From: Sedimentisphaerales bacterium
GTDB lineage: Bacteria; Planctomycetota; Phycisphaerae; Sedimentisphaerales; SM23-30
Direction of reading: 5' to 3'
Length of the DNA: 64,000 nt
Assembly (NCBI GenBank): GCA_963663965.2
Contig: CAXXFK010000031.1
Span: 32,001 to 96,000 of the forward strand
Position 1 is the first letter of the stretch, and each line of letters begins with the position of its first letter. Positions 61,386 through 64,000 of this stretch are shown here, piece by piece. The notes below the pieces were generated by a model that had not been told where the DNA came from, did not search any database, and saw only the letters and a program-made list of their open reading frames with translations. The position numbers and the translations under genes are program-made.

Positions 61386-62342
61386 CTAAACTTTCCCTGT
61401 CTGGATCCTGGGATCCACAATAGCATATACAATATCAGTTATCAGATTGAACAGAATAATCAAAACCGAATAGACCAGCACAGTACCCAGAATCATCGCA
61501 CGATCTCGATTCAAAATACTGTTGACGAAGTGAGTGCCCATGCCGGGTATATTGAAAATCTTCTCAACTACAAACGATCCGGTAAAGGCCATCGCGCAAG
61601 CCGGCCCGAGATAACTGACTACTGGCAAGATGGCATTTTTCAAAGCATGTTTCCAGATAACCACACCTTCACTTAAACCTTTGGCCCGGGCCGTGCGTAT
61701 GAAATCACTGTTTAATACATCCAGCATGCCCAAACGGGTTAGACGAGAGATATAGGCCATAAATGGCAGTGATAATGTAATTGCGGGCAATATGATTTGA
61801 GACAGATGGCCCCATCCTCCCAATGGGAATATCGGGATACAGATCGAGAATAAAATCAATAAGGCAATGCCCGTTACAAAGGTTGGTAACGATATCCCAA
61901 GTAAGGCAAAAGATAATATCAGAAAATCCAGCCAGCTATCCCGGTGAACAGCAGATAATACTCCAATGGGAATGCCAATGATGGTTGCCAGTAACATGGC
62001 GGTTAATCCCAGTCCGACTGAAACCGGCAAAGCCTGGCCAATGATTTGATTACAGTTCCAGTCCGCATATTGCCAGGAGGGACCAAAATCGATCAGAGGC
62101 CCCAGGCCACGGATGGCTTTGACCGGCTGAAAGAGCCCCTTGAGGTAATCGAAGTAAAATGTCCAGTTATCATCAGCGCGATAGCGCGCTTTGATGGCAA
62201 TTTCACTGGCTTCGTCCAGCGCCCGTTCACCCATTTTGAAAGGGTTACCCGGAACTGAAACTACCATCACGAAGGTGAGGGTATAAATCGCCCATAAAAT
62301 GATGGGACATAACAATAATCGTCGGGCAACTTGATGCCACAT
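61386..62342 (-). CDS. oppB: Oligopeptide ABC permease
   Basis: PGNPF, DFIRTARAKGL, KHALKNA, VEKIFNIPGMG, VDPRI. Confidence 0.9.
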   Translation of the reverse strand: MWHQVARRLLLCPIILWAIYTLTFVMVVSVPGNPFKMGERALDEASEIAIKARYRADDNWTFYFDYLKGLFQPVKAIRGLGPLIDFGPSWQYADWNCNQIIGQALPVSVGLGLTAMLLATIIGIPIGVLSAVHRDSWLDFLILSFALLGISLPTFVTGIALLILFSICIPIFPLGGWGHLSQIILPAITLSLPFMAYISRLTRLGMLDVLNSDFIRTARAKGLSEGVVIWKHALKNAILPVVSYLGPACAMAFTGSFVVEKIFNIPGMGTHFVNSILNRDRAMILGTVLVYSVLIILFNLITDIVYAIVDPRIQTGKV

Positions 62343-62496
62343 ATCCTAATCAGCTCTGAATAATGGGATAAATCTCGTTGTGAGGCCGTAAGGTGATGTT
62401 TCACATCTAAACGCTAACTCACTATTTACTAACGAACTATAATTAATCTATTTGTAAATTACAGAAAAAACCAATCTAAAATTTTTTGTTGAAATA

Positions 62497-63045
62497 TTAA
62501 TACTCAATTCCTTTACGAGCATGAATTGACTTTTTGTATGGATGTTTAATTGCCGAAATTTCCGATACCAGATCAGCCAGAGCGGTTATCGATTCATCCG
62601 CCCCCCTGCCGGTTAATATGAGTTCTACATGGGGCGCTTTGTTTTTGATTACATTTTTTAATAAGTCTAATTTAAGCAAAGATTTAGACAGGCAAAAAAT
62701 AATTTCATCCAGTACGATCAAATCATACTCACCTTTTTGGGCCATTGTTTGGATTTTGTCCATTTTCTTTTCAATAGCCAGAGCCATAGCCGTGAACTGA
62801 TTGGAATCATCAAAAGAGCGGCTCATATTCCAGTCGATTTCGATGGCATCCCAAATGAGAGTATCATTGAATTTTTGTGCCAGGTTTTTTTCGCCGGTTT
62901 TCATACCGGCAGGTTTAAGGAACTGACATACATATACCATGCCGCCCCAACCCAGCATTCTCCATACTGCCCCCAAGGCAGCTGTTGTTTTACCTTTGCC
63001 ATCACCCGTATAGACCTGAACCAGACCATGTTGTAATACCGGCAT
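62497..63045 (-). CDS. cobO: Cob(I)alamin adenosyltransferase (CobO/BtuR family)
   Basis: YTGDGKGKTTAALG, QFLK, LIVLDEI, LILTGR, ADLVSE, KHPY..ARKGIEY. Confidence 0.92.
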   Translation of the reverse strand: MPVLQHGLVQVYTGDGKGKTTAALGAVWRMLGWGGMVYVCQFLKPAGMKTGEKNLAQKFNDTLIWDAIEIDWNMSRSFDDSNQFTAMALAIEKKMDKIQTMAQKGEYDLIVLDEIIFCLSKSLLKLDLLKNVIKNKAPHVELILTGRGADESITALADLVSEISAIKHPYKKSIHARKGIEY

Positions 63046-63063
63046 AATTGGGAAGAATCCTTT

Positions 63064-63699
63064 CTATTTTATTTTCCATTGCTCTAGGAGATGATTAAAC
63101 CCTTCGATATCCCCTTTCTCTGCCAGATCCAGTGCTTCTGATTTAACAAAACCTTTTAATATCTGGCTTCTCTTTTTTTGATCATCTGGATAAACCTGTT
63201 TGACATGGTGGCGTAATTCCTGAAGGCCATCCAGGATTCTGGTATAATGTCGTCCAAAATGAGGTTCCAACCGCTCTCGAATCCGACGAGCCAGGGCCGG
63301 ACTGATCCCACCAGTGGAAATGGCGATTTTCAAAGCACCTCTCTGTAAAATCGAAGGAACCTGAAATGTACATACCTCTGGCTTGTCTACGACGTTACAA
63401 AAAATCTTCAAATGACAGCAGTCCTGATAAATTGATTGGTTAATCTCCTGATCATCCGTTGAGGCAATAACCAGCCATGCATCACGAATATATTGTTCAT
63501 GATAACTGGATTGGATCCATTCAATTTTGCCTGAGTTTGCCAATTCCCTGATATCACCAATCATTTCTGGGCTTACCACTCGTACGATAGCGCCTGAGTT
63601 AATTAAGGTTTCAATTTTTCGTTTTCCAATTAAACCTGCGCCAATGACAACAACCAGTCGCTGATTCAGATCAAGAAAAACTGGATATAAGTGCTTCAT
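63064..63699 (-). CDS. Precorrin-2 dehydrogenase/sirohydrochlorin ferrochelatase (SirC/CysG N-terminal type)
   Basis: YPVFLDL, VIGAGLIGKRK, CNVVDKP, IAISTGGISPALA. Confidence 0.9.
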   Translation of the reverse strand: MKHLYPVFLDLNQRLVVVIGAGLIGKRKIETLINSGAIVRVVSPEMIGDIRELANSGKIEWIQSSYHEQYIRDAWLVIASTDDQEINQSIYQDCCHLKIFCNVVDKPEVCTFQVPSILQRGALKIAISTGGISPALARRIRERLEPHFGRHYTRILDGLQELRHHVKQVYPDDQKKRSQILKGFVKSEALDLAEKGDIEGFNHLLEQWKIK

Positions 63700-63890
63700 G
63701 TTAAACTACCTTTTTCTGCTTGAATAAGGAATAACAACCAATTATAGTTGGAATAATCAGTTGCGTCCAATTTTTTACCAGATACTGAATGATTATAAAT
63801 GTTTGTACATTCTAACAGCGACTTAAAGCAAATAATCAAAATACGTTTAAGAATTCAATCAATAAACGTGGCTGGAAGTGAGGTTATGGC

Positions 63891-64000
63891 ATGAGTGTAA
63901 CGATAACCTGGATTGGACATGCCAGTTTTAAAATACAAGCGGCTCAATCGATAGTTTATATTGATCCATGGAAAATTGACCAGCGATTGACCGATGGCAA
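63891..64000 (+). CDS. MBL-fold metallo-hydrolase, 5' fragment
   Basis: Not in the ORF track; GAGG RBS; MSVTITWIGHASFKIQ..IVYIDPW, the typical N-terminus of this family. Confidence 0.75.
   Translation, partial: MSVTITWIGHASFKIQAAQSIVYIDPWKIDQRLTDG

Noticed and set aside
62376..62412. TGAGGCCGTAAGG resembling a hammerhead stem, and TGTTTCAC resembling parS
   Set aside because: The CUGAUGA and GAAA hammerhead core is missing, and only one parS half-site is present.

Overview
Bacterial chromosomal window, most likely from an anaerobic fermentative Planctomycetota (Phycisphaerae-like; inferred from gene content, not a database search). The right half (~29-64 kb) is mostly housekeeping: accBC, PPi-type pfk, tRNA-Ser(GGA), priA, pta-ackA, miaA, rluB-like, folC, lepA, a complete H+-type F1Fo ATP synthase operon, oppBCDF, cobO and sirC/cysG-N. 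The left half holds a ~21 kb redox island (7.9-28.9 kb). In it, a trimeric HydBAC [FeFe]-hydrogenase with all three H-cluster motifs is transcribed divergently from a 9-gene cluster. That cluster encodes a MacB/LolCDE-type ABC transporter, two membrane-anchored PQQ-like beta-propellers, an NHL propeller with a CGCC motif, a Tat-exported 4x[4Fe-4S] ferredoxin, a NapH/MauN-like membrane Fe-S protein, a NuoE-Trx-NuoF (HydC-HydB-like) fusion, and a HydA-N/GltD chimera that lacks both a catalytic domain and the NAD(P)H-binding domain. A Cys-rich PhnD-like/beta-propeller fusion lipoprotein flanks the other side of the hydrogenase. I know of no characterised system with this composition. It is the best candidate for an undescribed system: a possible trans-membrane electron conduit linking cytoplasmic NADH/ferredoxin/H2 to periplasmic beta-propeller proteins. 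Smaller observations include an apparent 1-nt frameshift in hydC, a structured accBC leader, a candidate intergenic RNA near 38.6 kb and a 52-aa Cys-rich membrane peptide. No CRISPR array, rRNA, IS element or integrase was seen.
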